Shown: in pieces, positions 41,857-51,373 of the stretch
Position numbering within the stretch: position 1 is the stretch's first letter
How the letters are laid out: every line of letters starts with the position of its first letter
From: Flavobacterium sp.
Lineage (GTDB): Bacteria; Bacteroidota; Bacteroidia; Flavobacteriales; Flavobacteriaceae
NCBI GenBank assembly: GCA_018401995.1
Contig: JAGYJR010000001.1
Coordinates: forward strand, 1,534 to 65,533
Length of the DNA stretch: 64,000 nt
Direction of reading: 5' to 3'
Notes under the pieces: generated by a model
Seen by the model: the letters and a program-made list of their open reading frames with translations, nothing else
The model's database searches: none
Told to the model about the DNA's origin: nothing
Translations under genes and position numbers: made by a program

Positions 41857-42870
41857 TCATTTAAAAACCTCAACCCACTTCTCCTTCACTACATCCCAAT
41901 CCATTTGAGCCACAAACGAACGAGCATTCTGAATAAGCAATTGCCCTTGTTCTTGTTGTTGTAGGAGTTCCGTTATAGCAGCTACCATGGCATCCGTATC
42001 TGCGTCTGGAACTAATTTACCAGTTACATCAGGAGTAATCAAATAAGGAATTCCACCTACAGCAGTAGAAACAACAGGTAAACCTAACGCCATGGCCTCC
42101 AGAACACTCACTGGCGTATTATCAAAATGAGTGGTATTAATAAAAATGTCGTGTTCAGCAGCCAACTGCCACCAAGCTTCTTTTGATAGTTGCCCTGTAA
42201 AAGTGACAGGAAGTTCTAAAGAGGCAGCTAATGCTTTTGTAGTTTGCAAACTCCCGTCTTTATCAGGCCCCACCATAGTTAAAGTGGCTTCAGGATACGT
42301 TTTTTGCAATTGTTGTAAGACATGAATTGCCATTTCAGGATGATAAATAGAGGCAAAAGATCTAACCCATAGCAATTTTGATGCTAAATTAATTCTATTT
42401 TTGAAAGTATATTTTTCTATAGCAATAGCGTTGGGAATCAAAACCACATTCGTAAAACCTTCAGCTTCAAAAGCCTGTTTCAAATAACCTGATGGCGCAA
42501 CATTTCTGTAGGCATTTGAGAACAATCTACGACTCAATTTCGGATTGTTTTTAAGACGATTAGGTAAGTTCCCACCATGTAAAATGGGAATGTATTTGAT
42601 CTTCAAAAGTTGAGCAAATTGAGCAGCTAAGAATGCATACCAAAAAGCCTTGGTACTATAAGTATCAATTAGAATATAAGACAACTTTTTGCGATGAAAT
42701 AGAATAGCCCCCAACATATCCAAAAGGCGAAACACAAATCCTTTCTTTGAAGAAGCATAGACCACCTCAAACCCCAAACTTTCCAAATCAGGACCTAAGG
42801 TTTCAATGGTGGTTTTATTCAACCCGTGCTTACTCAGTTGGTTCCCTAGATACAGCAGTCGAACTTTCAT
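41857..42870 (-). CDS. GT4 glycosyltransferase
   Basis: DNTPVSVLEAMALG motif; GT-B layout. Confidence 0.9.
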   Translation of the reverse strand: MKVRLLYLGNQLSKHGLNKTTIETLGPDLESLGFEVVYASSKKGFVFRLLDMLGAILFHRKKLSYILIDTYSTKAFWYAFLAAQFAQLLKIKYIPILHGGNLPNRLKNNPKLSRRLFSNAYRNVAPSGYLKQAFEAEGFTNVVLIPNAIAIEKYTFKNRINLASKLLWVRSFASIYHPEMAIHVLQQLQKTYPEATLTMVGPDKDGSLQTTKALAASLELPVTFTGQLSKEAWWQLAAEHDIFINTTHFDNTPVSVLEAMALGLPVVSTAVGGIPYLITPDVTGKLVPDADTDAMVAAITELLQQQEQGQLLIQNARSFVAQMDWDVVKEKWVEVFK

Positions 42871-44191
42871 CTTTAAAATTTACTTTAAGTAAGGTTAAGG
42901 CATAAATAAATCCTGGGGCTGCTAAACGCATAGCGGCATGATTAATAGTTAGTAACCAAAAAATAAAAAAAGGAATCAAAAATACATGTTCTCGATTGGT
43001 AAAATAAGTAATCAGAGGCGTAAGTAACAAAATTAAAAGGGCAACAATACCAAAAGTACCATGCTCCGCTAACAAACGCGTAATTTCATTGTGCGAAGCA
43101 GCTACAATACCCGTCATTTGTTCACGGTATTCTTTGTTTTTTCCTACGCCAATACCCCAAATTGGGTTTTCCATAAACATATGAATTTCAGTCTCTGCAA
43201 TTTCCTCACGACCACCCAAACGATCATCTTTCTCCCTTCCTCTAGCATCTTTATTGGCATAACGATTCTCAATCATTCCACTGGTTTGCACTACACTATA
43301 CGTCCAAACAAAACCACCTAGTAAAACCGCAGAAACACTTAATATTAGGATTAAATTTTTAGTTTTAGCATTAGCATACCAATACAATACTCCTATTAAA
43401 GCTGCAATCATAGCTAGAGCAGTAAAAATACCCCCACGTGAAAAGGTAACAATTCCTCTAAAAGACGCAATAATTAATAAGGCTAAATGAATCAGTTGCA
43501 ACTTCCTAGTTTTAGAAAATAACACTAGTAAAGCAAAAAAACAAAACATCCCCAAACCTAAAATGGTAGACACTTGATTAGGACCAAAACCACCCGAAGT
43601 TTCAAAATTGGATTGGGTACTAGTAACTACATCTTTAATCGATGGGTTATATAAAAATAAATAAGTTAAAACCGAAACTATAGGTAAAGACAATGCTTTA
43701 AGTAAAAAATGCATGTGCTCCAAGGTTACTTTCTTTTCAAAACAATACATCGCACTCACAAACAAAGTAACTTCACCTAAAACATTAAATAAAATTGCTT
43801 TACGTGCATCTATCTCGTGACCAAGAACATTAGCTCCAAGATAAATTCCTGGTAACAAAAGCAACATAAATAGGATATAGATAATGGATTTATAGGAAAA
43901 CCCTTTGAACAACATGCCTAAAAATAAAAAAAAAATCACTTCATACTTAGCAATTTCATGAGCAATATTTCCCCCCGTCATTCGTAGAAAAACTTCAGAA
44001 CCTATCACATAACCAATAATAAATAAAACTTCATTATTTTTATTTTTAGATTTAAAAATTAATACTGTTCCAAAGAAAAGTATTAATAATCCATAAACTT
44101 TAGAAAGAAAAGGCACAAAATAAATAATCAATCCAATAAATATGTGGATTAAAATATATATTAAATAATTTGAAGATTCTTTTGATTTCAT
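42830..44191 (-). CDS. O-antigen polymerase/ligase-like (Wzy_C) membrane protein
   Basis: About 12 TM helices; GPNQ, TFSRGG and SHNE...AEHG motifs. Confidence 0.82.
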   Translation of the reverse strand: MKSKESSNYLIYILIHIFIGLIIYFVPFLSKVYGLLILFFGTVLIFKSKNKNNEVLFIIGYVIGSEVFLRMTGGNIAHEIAKYEVIFFLFLGMLFKGFSYKSIIYILFMLLLLPGIYLGANVLGHEIDARKAILFNVLGEVTLFVSAMYCFEKKVTLEHMHFLLKALSLPIVSVLTYLFLYNPSIKDVVTSTQSNFETSGGFGPNQVSTILGLGMFCFFALLVLFSKTRKLQLIHLALLIIASFRGIVTFSRGGIFTALAMIAALIGVLYWYANAKTKNLILILSVSAVLLGGFVWTYSVVQTSGMIENRYANKDARGREKDDRLGGREEIAETEIHMFMENPIWGIGVGKNKEYREQMTGIVAASHNEITRLLAEHGTFGIVALLILLLTPLITYFTNREHVFLIPFFIFWLLTINHAAMRLAAPGFIYALTLLKVNFKDESSTAVSREPTE

Positions 44192-45276
44192 AGAGTTTCT
44201 TTATAACTAAAAAGCAACTTCTTAATTACTGCTTTAGATGAATAATTCTCTGCAACAAAAGTATTCAAATTATTAGCTAACAAGGAATTTGAATACATGT
44301 TATTTGCTATTGCACTAAAAATACTAACCAATTCAGTTACACTTTCTGATGTAAAACAAATACCAGTTACTTTATTTTTAATTAATTGAGAACAATAACC
44401 AACATTTGAAGTAACAACCAACAGATTTGCTTTCCCATATTCTAAAAGTGTTACGGGAAATCCTTCATAAGTAGATGTCATCAAACCAACACTACATTGA
44501 CTTAAAACATGTTGCACATCTCCACAAGAACCATATAAAAAAACGGATGATGACATATTTTTCAATTGTATACTCTCTTTTAATTTGCCCGAATACTCAT
44601 CAAAACTATCTTTCCCTACAAAATGCAGAGTCCATCCTAATTTAGCTATTTCACTTAAGGTGAATGCTTCGAAAGCTAATAAATGATTTTTAGGATGTCT
44701 TAAATTTGCTAATAAAACTATTCTTTTTCCTTCTTCTCCTTTTAAAAATGTTGATTTTATTTCAACTATTTTCTCTTCCACATAATTTGGTAAAAAAACA
44801 ACATTTGTAGTTTTTAAATTTTGCAATGACCATTTCCTAAGTTCTTCATTGACAACAAATACTCCACTAAAAAAAAAAGAAGATAATTTAATAAAGAAAT
44901 TAGACCGATTTTCAAAAGGCCTATTTCCAAGATGATCATGCCAAAATATTTTAATTGAAGGTAGCATTAATTTTAATAATACTGCAAAAAAATAGGAACT
45001 ACCATGAGCATGAATTATTGAAACTTTATTTTGCTTAACATTTTTTTTTAATTGCAATAAAGCTTTAATATCTAAAGTTCTTTTCTTTTTCAGAAAACTA
45101 TAAGCAACTGAATCATTGATTGTAGCTTTTAAATTTCCTTCAAAACGAGTTACTACTAATCCAGAAAAAACGACTTTCTTTGCAAGTGTGTTAGCTATCG
45201 TAACCGCCATCCGTTCAGCACCACCCGCTTCTAGGCTATCAATTAATTGTAAAATGCGAATCTCTTTTTTAGGCAC
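44188..45276 (-). CDS. GT4 glycosyltransferase
   Basis: GGAERM and EGFPVTLLE motifs. GTG at 45276 is preferred because the TTG at 45300 is part of a TATCTTTG promoter element. Confidence 0.85.
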   Translation of the reverse strand: MPKKEIRILQLIDSLEAGGAERMAVTIANTLAKKVVFSGLVVTRFEGNLKATINDSVAYSFLKKKRTLDIKALLQLKKNVKQNKVSIIHAHGSSYFFAVLLKLMLPSIKIFWHDHLGNRPFENRSNFFIKLSSFFFSGVFVVNEELRKWSLQNLKTTNVVFLPNYVEEKIVEIKSTFLKGEEGKRIVLLANLRHPKNHLLAFEAFTLSEIAKLGWTLHFVGKDSFDEYSGKLKESIQLKNMSSSVFLYGSCGDVQHVLSQCSVGLMTSTYEGFPVTLLEYGKANLLVVTSNVGYCSQLIKNKVTGICFTSESVTELVSIFSAIANNMYSNSLLANNLNTFVAENYSSKAVIKKLLFSYKETL

Positions 45277-45297
45277 AAGTGGTGGTATTGATTGTGT

Positions 45298-45305
45298 CAA
45301 AGATA
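45298..45305 (-). promoter_or_regulatory. Internal -7 promoter element immediately downstream of the repeat array
   Basis: TATCTTTG on the minus strand. Confidence 0.55.
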
Positions 45306-45317
45306 GAAAAAATTAAA

Positions 45318-46240
45318 ACAAGGGCAAGGGCAAGCTCAAATTCAAGTTCAAAAATCAACTACAAACTTCAAACCTGAAACAAAAAAAATTAAAACCATAT
45401 AAGGCATATAAGTTTTTTAAAGTTGAATTTGATTCCTTTTAAAGATTCATAAAAGTTTTTTTTGCTCGCAAAGACGCTAAGTCGCAAAGATGAAGAACTT
45501 TGTGTAACTCTGTGCAAAACTTCGTGAGACTTTGTGCTACAAATCTTCAAGAACAAGAACAAGCTCAAAAATCAACAACAAACAACAAACCATAAACTAC
45601 AAACTTGAAAATTAAAAATTAGTTTTCAGTCTCAGTTTTCAGTCTCAGAAAAAAATCCGTGACCATCGGCTTCCGCTTAAGCAGACAATAAAATAAAAAA
45701 TATCAGCGAAAATCCGTCAAATCGGCTTCATCCGCGTTCCAAAAAAATTTTCAAGGACAAGAGAAAGCTCAAAATCAACTACAAACTTCAAACCTGAAAC
45801 AAAAAAATTAAAACCATATAAGGCATATAAGTTTTTTAAAGTTGAATTTGATTCCTTTTAAAGATTCATAAAGTTTTTGCTCGCAAAGACGCTAAGTCGC
45901 AAAGATGAAGAACTTTGTGTAACTCTGTGCAAAACTTCGTGAGACTTTGTGCTACAAATCTTCAAGAACAAGAACAACTTCAAAAATCAACCATAAACAA
46001 CAAACCATAAACTACAAACTTAAAAATTAGTTTTCAGTCTCAGTTTTCAGTCTCAGAAAAAAATCCGTGACCATCAGCTTCCGCTTAAGCGGACAATAAA
46101 ATAAAAAATATCAGCGAAAATCCGTCAAATCGGCTTCATCCGCGTTCCGAGAAACTTTTCATGAACAAGGATAAGGACAAGTTCAAAAATCAACAACAAA
46201 CCATAAACTAAAAACTACAAACTTGAAACCTGAAACAATA
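45318..46240. repeat. Tandem array of two ~420-bp mosaic units plus flanking partial modules
   Basis: AAAATCAACTACAAACTTCAAACCTGAAAC at 45351 and 45771. It shares the (AGTTTTCAGTCTC)x2-AATCCGTGACCATC-TCCGCT module with the 41.2-kb array. Confidence 0.95.
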
Positions 46241-46249
46241 AATCCCCCA

Positions 46250-47383
46250 TCACCTCAACAACTTCTTAATCTCCGCTTCAAATTTATCCGTTGTAAATTG
46301 TCTTGACCAATTTTGCCCTTCATAAACCATTTTCTGATAAACTTCCGGTTGATCTATCAATTCTAGTAACTGATTGGAATCCGCTTTCAAACTTTCTTGT
46401 AAAACAACTCCTCTACTTCCATTTCCTAGCATATAGGGCACACAAGAAACCGGCGAAACTAATGGCACACAACCCCAAAACATAGCCTCAGCCACCACTT
46501 TGGGCCAACCTTCACTTTTAGATGGTAATAGTAAAAAATGACTACTTTGATACGCTTTTAAAACGCTATCTTTGGTCTGATTACCTTGTAAAGTAACTAC
46601 AGCTTGTAAATGATGCTGGTCAACATACTGTTCCAATTCCTTTCGTAAAACACCTTCACCATACAAATCAAGCGTTACTTTTCTTCCTCGTTTGTGCAGT
46701 TCTTCTACCAATTGAATCGCATACAAAGGTTGCTTCCCTTTAGATAAGGTTCCAACAAATAAAAACTTCACCCCGGTCTCCCAATCGCCTCGTCTCCCAA
46801 TCGCCTCGTCACCTCGTCCCATTATCTCATCCTCACTATAAGTCGCAGTAAAAAACGGCTTCACATTTTTAGTCTGATTTGTCCATTCGCCATACACTAA
46901 AACCTGCATGTTTCGAGTTAAAAAAGTATTGGATAAAATCCATTTTTGCAAACGGTAACTCCATGGTTGTTTAGCTTTTGGATCCCAATTGCCCGCATAT
47001 TTAGCGGTTTTGGGCGTATTGGGAAATAAAATTTGCACTAAAGCTCCAATCAACCCCATATTTCCAGGGCAACGCAAGTGGATGTGATCGGCCTGTTGCA
47101 TGGCATGATAAACCGTAAAAAAAAGCAAGGGAAGTTGAAACAATGTTTTCAGCAATTGTGGAACTGAAGCAATAGAAAACTCGGGAACACGCTTGAAGTT
47201 AATTGAAGTGGCAACATAAGACGCATGAATCGGATTTACCAACTCATTTACCATCGGCGCTACTACAATCACCTCATCAACATACTTAAACCAAATATTC
47301 ATTTCACGCACATAAGGTGCATAACCAAAATAGCGGTTATCTTCTTTTATATGTTGAACATGAGTAATTACTACAAATTTCAT
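46250..47383 (-). CDS. GT4 glycosyltransferase with an in-frame octamer-repeat insert
   Basis: HLRCPGN and SEGWPKVVAEAM motifs; ATG overlaps the upstream stop (TAATG). Confidence 0.9.
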   Translation of the reverse strand: MKFVVITHVQHIKEDNRYFGYAPYVREMNIWFKYVDEVIVVAPMVNELVNPIHASYVATSINFKRVPEFSIASVPQLLKTLFQLPLLFFTVYHAMQQADHIHLRCPGNMGLIGALVQILFPNTPKTAKYAGNWDPKAKQPWSYRLQKWILSNTFLTRNMQVLVYGEWTNQTKNVKPFFTATYSEDEIMGRGDEAIGRRGDWETGVKFLFVGTLSKGKQPLYAIQLVEELHKRGRKVTLDLYGEGVLRKELEQYVDQHHLQAVVTLQGNQTKDSVLKAYQSSHFLLLPSKSEGWPKVVAEAMFWGCVPLVSPVSCVPYMLGNGSRGVVLQESLKADSNQLLELIDQPEVYQKMVYEGQNWSRQFTTDKFEAEIKKLLR

Positions 47384-48384
47384 TACCATCTAATTTTAGG
47401 TGTATCAAAAAACAACGAAAACCACCCCACTAACCTACCCAATGTCTCCGTAAAAGCTTCTTTTCTTTTGGAAGAAGTAAACACATTTGTTCCTCTAATA
47501 GCGGTTAACAACAATGTAATGGCATGCCATTTTAATTTTGCTTTAAATGAAGGTTTTGGATTTTTTACGCGCCACACGTACCAACCGTTTCGGACGACCA
47601 TTTTTCCATAGGCGTATTGATTGGGACGACCGGCAGCATCGTGATGGTGTTCCAATTGGGCAGCGGTATTTAAAAATAATTTCCCGATTTTAGAAACACG
47701 CAAGGTAAAATCCGCATCTTCATACAAACCGTAACCTTCAAAGTATGTGGAAAACTGTAATTCCTGAAAAACGGATTTTCGGAATGAAGCAACTCCACCC
47801 ATTAATTGTTCTACAGGATAGACTTTTCCTGATGGAGGTAAAAACCCAACGCTACGTCCATGTGAAAAATCAGGGGAATATCCTGGAGCTACATCACTAT
47901 CTAAACCTAACTTTTTGCGCCAAACAAAACGAGAACCATCACTTCGTTTATACCCATCGAAATAAAATTCATTGCTTTTAGGTTTATATTCCATACCCAC
48001 ATACTGCCAAGCTACTTCATTGGTAATGTAACCTCCTACTCCTAATGCTTCTGGGTGTATCGTATAGGTTTTGATAATTTCTTCGAAGTAATTGGGCACC
48101 AAAACGGTATCGTCATCTAAAAAGCAAACGACTTCACTGGTTTCCTGAACTTTTGAAATCCCATAATTACGCTGTTTGGTTAAACCTCTATCCTTTTCCT
48201 TTACTTTGAAATAGTTCAAATATTGAAAAGTATTTTGGTCCAGCATGGCTTTAGTAGCCTCATCCGGAGAACCATCTACAATTAAAATCGCATCTGGATA
48301 AAGCGTTTGCTGCTTTACGGATTGTAGTAAAGTCAACAAAGCCTGTGGGCGTTTATAGGTGCATATGATGAGACTAAAGTTCAT
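47383..48384 (-). CDS. GT2 glycosyltransferase
   Basis: IICTYKR, FLDDD and YEDADF motifs. Confidence 0.9.
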   Translation of the reverse strand: MNFSLIICTYKRPQALLTLLQSVKQQTLYPDAILIVDGSPDEATKAMLDQNTFQYLNYFKVKEKDRGLTKQRNYGISKVQETSEVVCFLDDDTVLVPNYFEEIIKTYTIHPEALGVGGYITNEVAWQYVGMEYKPKSNEFYFDGYKRSDGSRFVWRKKLGLDSDVAPGYSPDFSHGRSVGFLPPSGKVYPVEQLMGGVASFRKSVFQELQFSTYFEGYGLYEDADFTLRVSKIGKLFLNTAAQLEHHHDAAGRPNQYAYGKMVVRNGWYVWRVKNPKPSFKAKLKWHAITLLLTAIRGTNVFTSSKRKEAFTETLGRLVGWFSLFFDTPKIRW

Positions 48385-48386
48385 AA

Positions 48387-49925
48387 TTAAGCGGTTCTTT
48401 TTCCTAATGCTAGCAATTTTTTAGCGTAAAAAACAGATTTTTTATATTGTAAGATTTTATAAGGCAATCGTATAAGCTTTAAGGGTAATTCCACTAACTT
48501 CCCTTTAGACAAATGCAATACAAAATACTTAATGCTATATTCTTTAATGGCACGTGCATCAAAATGTTTGTGTATCAAATACATGATTGTTGGACTTGGT
48601 ACTGGAATTATCTTTTTTACTGGTGTGTCTAATTCCCATGGTTGTACTTTTCTTTGTTTGCCTTTCTTTTTTGCCTGACTACCCCAAAAACGATAGCCTC
48701 CAGCGGGTGGCTTCAAATGCAAATTGGCTGAAAACGGATTAAAAAGTACAGGAACTCCTATTTTAACCAAAGAAAGTCCAAAATCTCCATCTTCACCATA
48801 ACCACCATCATAATTGATATCATTTCCTTTCAATTGGTGTACATATTCCTTTTTTACACAAGAATTGGCATTGCTAAAATTCGGTGTTGGTCCTACTTTC
48901 CAACGTTTTTCCCCCAATTGATCTAATTTCTTATCTAAATCGATTAAGGATTGTTGTTGATGATCTGCTCTTATGTCTAAACCGTTACAAGCACCCGCTT
49001 TATAGGTTTGTAGTAAACGAATATGATTTTCAATAAAATCAGATGGAATGCGAATATCATCATCCCCAAAAAGGATATAATCACCGGTACAAAAAGCAAT
49101 AGCTTCATTTCTAGCTCTACAACTTCCTTTAGTCGTTTGCCATTGAAAAATAACTTCAAAAGGGTAATTAGCTGGATTATACAAACTTTCGTCACGCTGA
49201 TTTTCGGGTGTAGCGTCTACGACTACAACCTGAGTAGGCAAATAGGTTTGTTTTTTTAAATCTTCCAATAGCGTCAGCGTAAAATCCTGACGCAACATAG
49301 TGGGTATGATATAACTTACGGTTGGATTTCCTTTAATAGCTTCCAAAGTTCTAGGTGGAATTAGAGGATAATGCGTTCTAAAGGCAAATTTTCTTGCTTT
49401 AAATAAATTTATCCATTCATTTACTTTCCAAAAACCTTCTCTAAAATTCATGTAAACCGCATGTTCCAATTTGAAGTTTTTTCTAAAAAACACATGTCGG
49501 TCATAAGAACTTATTTGCTGAACACTTTTCGTAGTATCAGCAAACAAACCACGAACATATAAAGGCAAACCACCTGAATTTTTTAGAAAATTATATCCAA
49601 AGTCCAAAGCTTGTAACGTTGGATTTTCAATTTCAGCATCAAATCCATTCAAAGCATCCCAAGCCGATTTACGAATAGCAAAAGCATTTGGATTAACTCT
49701 CCAACTCACACATTCGTCCAAATCATCAAAATCGTTGACATACCAAAAAAAAACTACGGCAAAATAAACGATTTCTGGAAAAGCATTTTTATACCCTTGT
49801 TCAAACGAACTGTGCCACAAATCTCCTGTTCCTAATGATAGAGTTTCTAATTTATCCAAGTCAGGATTTCCTGTATAATAAATGGCTTCCCCTTGGGAAT
49901 TGGTATAGGTAGTAAACGAAATCAT
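48387..49925 (-). CDS. GT2 glycosyltransferase with an extra N-terminal domain
   Basis: YIIPT, ARNEA, FGDDD and YGEDGDF motifs. Confidence 0.87.
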   Translation of the reverse strand: MISFTTYTNSQGEAIYYTGNPDLDKLETLSLGTGDLWHSSFEQGYKNAFPEIVYFAVVFFWYVNDFDDLDECVSWRVNPNAFAIRKSAWDALNGFDAEIENPTLQALDFGYNFLKNSGGLPLYVRGLFADTTKSVQQISSYDRHVFFRKNFKLEHAVYMNFREGFWKVNEWINLFKARKFAFRTHYPLIPPRTLEAIKGNPTVSYIIPTMLRQDFTLTLLEDLKKQTYLPTQVVVVDATPENQRDESLYNPANYPFEVIFQWQTTKGSCRARNEAIAFCTGDYILFGDDDIRIPSDFIENHIRLLQTYKAGACNGLDIRADHQQQSLIDLDKKLDQLGEKRWKVGPTPNFSNANSCVKKEYVHQLKGNDINYDGGYGEDGDFGLSLVKIGVPVLFNPFSANLHLKPPAGGYRFWGSQAKKKGKQRKVQPWELDTPVKKIIPVPSPTIMYLIHKHFDARAIKEYSIKYFVLHLSKGKLVELPLKLIRLPYKILQYKKSVFYAKKLLALGKRTA

Positions 49926-51076
49926 TTCTTATTAGTTATTATAGTTTGATAAAACGCTACACTCTGCTCCGCAATAAAGCCATTCGCAAAAACGTCTTGT
50001 ATTTTTTGAGCTGCCTTTTGGCCAAAGGTAGTATTTAAGGTAACATTTTCCAACAAATTCAGTATCGCATTGGCATACGTTTCATGGTCTTTGGGATGAA
50101 CCAAAATACCTTCTTGGTTGTTTGTAATTACTTCTGGACCCCAACCGATATTGGAAGCTACAATGGCTTTTTCCATCGCCATAGCTTCTAACCAAGAAAC
50201 CGGTAAGGCTTCTGCGAATGTTGGAAACACACAAACGCTCGCTTGTGCTATATGGGCTCGAACTTCTTCGTAGGGAACGCCACCTAAATAATTTACTTGC
50301 TTTAGCGCTTCTGGAGTAAATAAATGTTGCATCAATTGCCAAGTAGAGGTACTTCCTGTGGCAATATCAAAAGCATCGCGCCCGACTAAAATCAATTGGG
50401 CATTTGGATTTTTTACTATAACTTGATTAAAAATCAACGGCAATTCTAACAAACCTTTTTTACGAATCAAAGTACCAAAGTACAAAATCGTATTGGGAAT
50501 TTTTTGTACAGAACCATCGGGTTGAAATTTCTCTGGATTGATTCCATTGGGAATAATCGTAAAAGGAAGTTGTAATCCAAATAACGTATTGGTTTGTTCT
50601 GCGGTAAATCGGCTTACGGAAATAGGTCCATCGGCTTTTTGTAGCGCTCTTTTTTCATGAAAACGATTCCACCACTTCACAGGGCGACCGTCCAAATGAC
50701 AAAAATAGGTGTCACTACCATGTAGTTTTATAATAATTGGACACTTTTTGGGTTGTATAAAAGACGAAATTCCTGTCCAATCAGGAGCTTCTACGATATC
50801 CAAAAGTTGCTTGTCATATAAATCATCTATAATTCCTTGCAACTTCTTTCTTGTAAAATACCACGACAACCCTTTTATCTTGACATTTTTAATCTGTTGA
50901 ATGACAGTACCATCTTCTTCAAAAATTACATCTTCTTTTTGTCCGTAAACTAAAATTCGTACTTCATGACCCAAAGCCGTTAAACTTTCCGCTAAATTTT
51001 TGATACTCGTACCAATACCGCCAGAAGTACCAGTTGCTGCATGAGGGTATTCAGGAGTGAGAAAAGCAATATGCAT
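49922..51076 (-). CDS. GT4 glycosyltransferase
   Basis: EYP..GGIGT and EALPVSWLEAMA motifs. Confidence 0.9.
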   Translation of the reverse strand: MHIAFLTPEYPHAATGTSGGIGTSIKNLAESLTALGHEVRILVYGQKEDVIFEEDGTVIQQIKNVKIKGLSWYFTRKKLQGIIDDLYDKQLLDIVEAPDWTGISSFIQPKKCPIIIKLHGSDTYFCHLDGRPVKWWNRFHEKRALQKADGPISVSRFTAEQTNTLFGLQLPFTIIPNGINPEKFQPDGSVQKIPNTILYFGTLIRKKGLLELPLIFNQVIVKNPNAQLILVGRDAFDIATGSTSTWQLMQHLFTPEALKQVNYLGGVPYEEVRAHIAQASVCVFPTFAEALPVSWLEAMAMEKAIVASNIGWGPEVITNNQEGILVHPKDHETYANAILNLLENVTLNTTFGQKAAQKIQDVFANGFIAEQSVAFYQTIITNKK

Positions 51077-51168
51077 ATTTTATATTTTTAAACCCGTTGG
51101 GTATATTTAGTTTTGTTTCTAAATTTTCTATTTACTTTTATTTAACTTTTAAAATCGCAATCCCACTC

Positions 51169-51372
51169 CGTCACTTCGAGTATTTTATTTTTGTAAAGCC
51201 AAAGATTTACAAAAATAAAATGTATCGAGAACTGTAAAAACGATGCATCCCCAATTTCCCCATCTCAAAGTCTCCTCAACCTGTCATTCCGAGCCCGCTA
51301 GGAATCTCCTACATAGTAGGCAACCCACTAAACAACGTTTAGTCACTCTCCCAATCTCCCCATCCCCCCATC
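51169..51372 (+). repeat. Intergenic repeat block: GTCA-tagged long hairpin, C-rich octamers and a TGTCATTCCG element
   Basis: Perfect 16-bp stem at 51182-51197/51206-51221 inside GTCACTTCGAG...TCGAGA; TGTCATTCCG..GGAATCTCCTACATAGTAGG at 51282-51320. Confidence 0.8.
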
Positions 51373-51373
51373 G

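Noticed and set aside
43926-44878. A10 tracts in the Wzy-like and GT4 genes as phase-variation switches
   Set aside because: Both genes are in frame, and A/T runs of this length are common in this AT-rich window. There is no evidence without read data.
41169-46240. CRISPR array or IS/MITE interpretation of the long repeats
   Set aside because: Units are near-identical along their length, with no unique spacers, terminal inverted repeats, target duplications or transposase.
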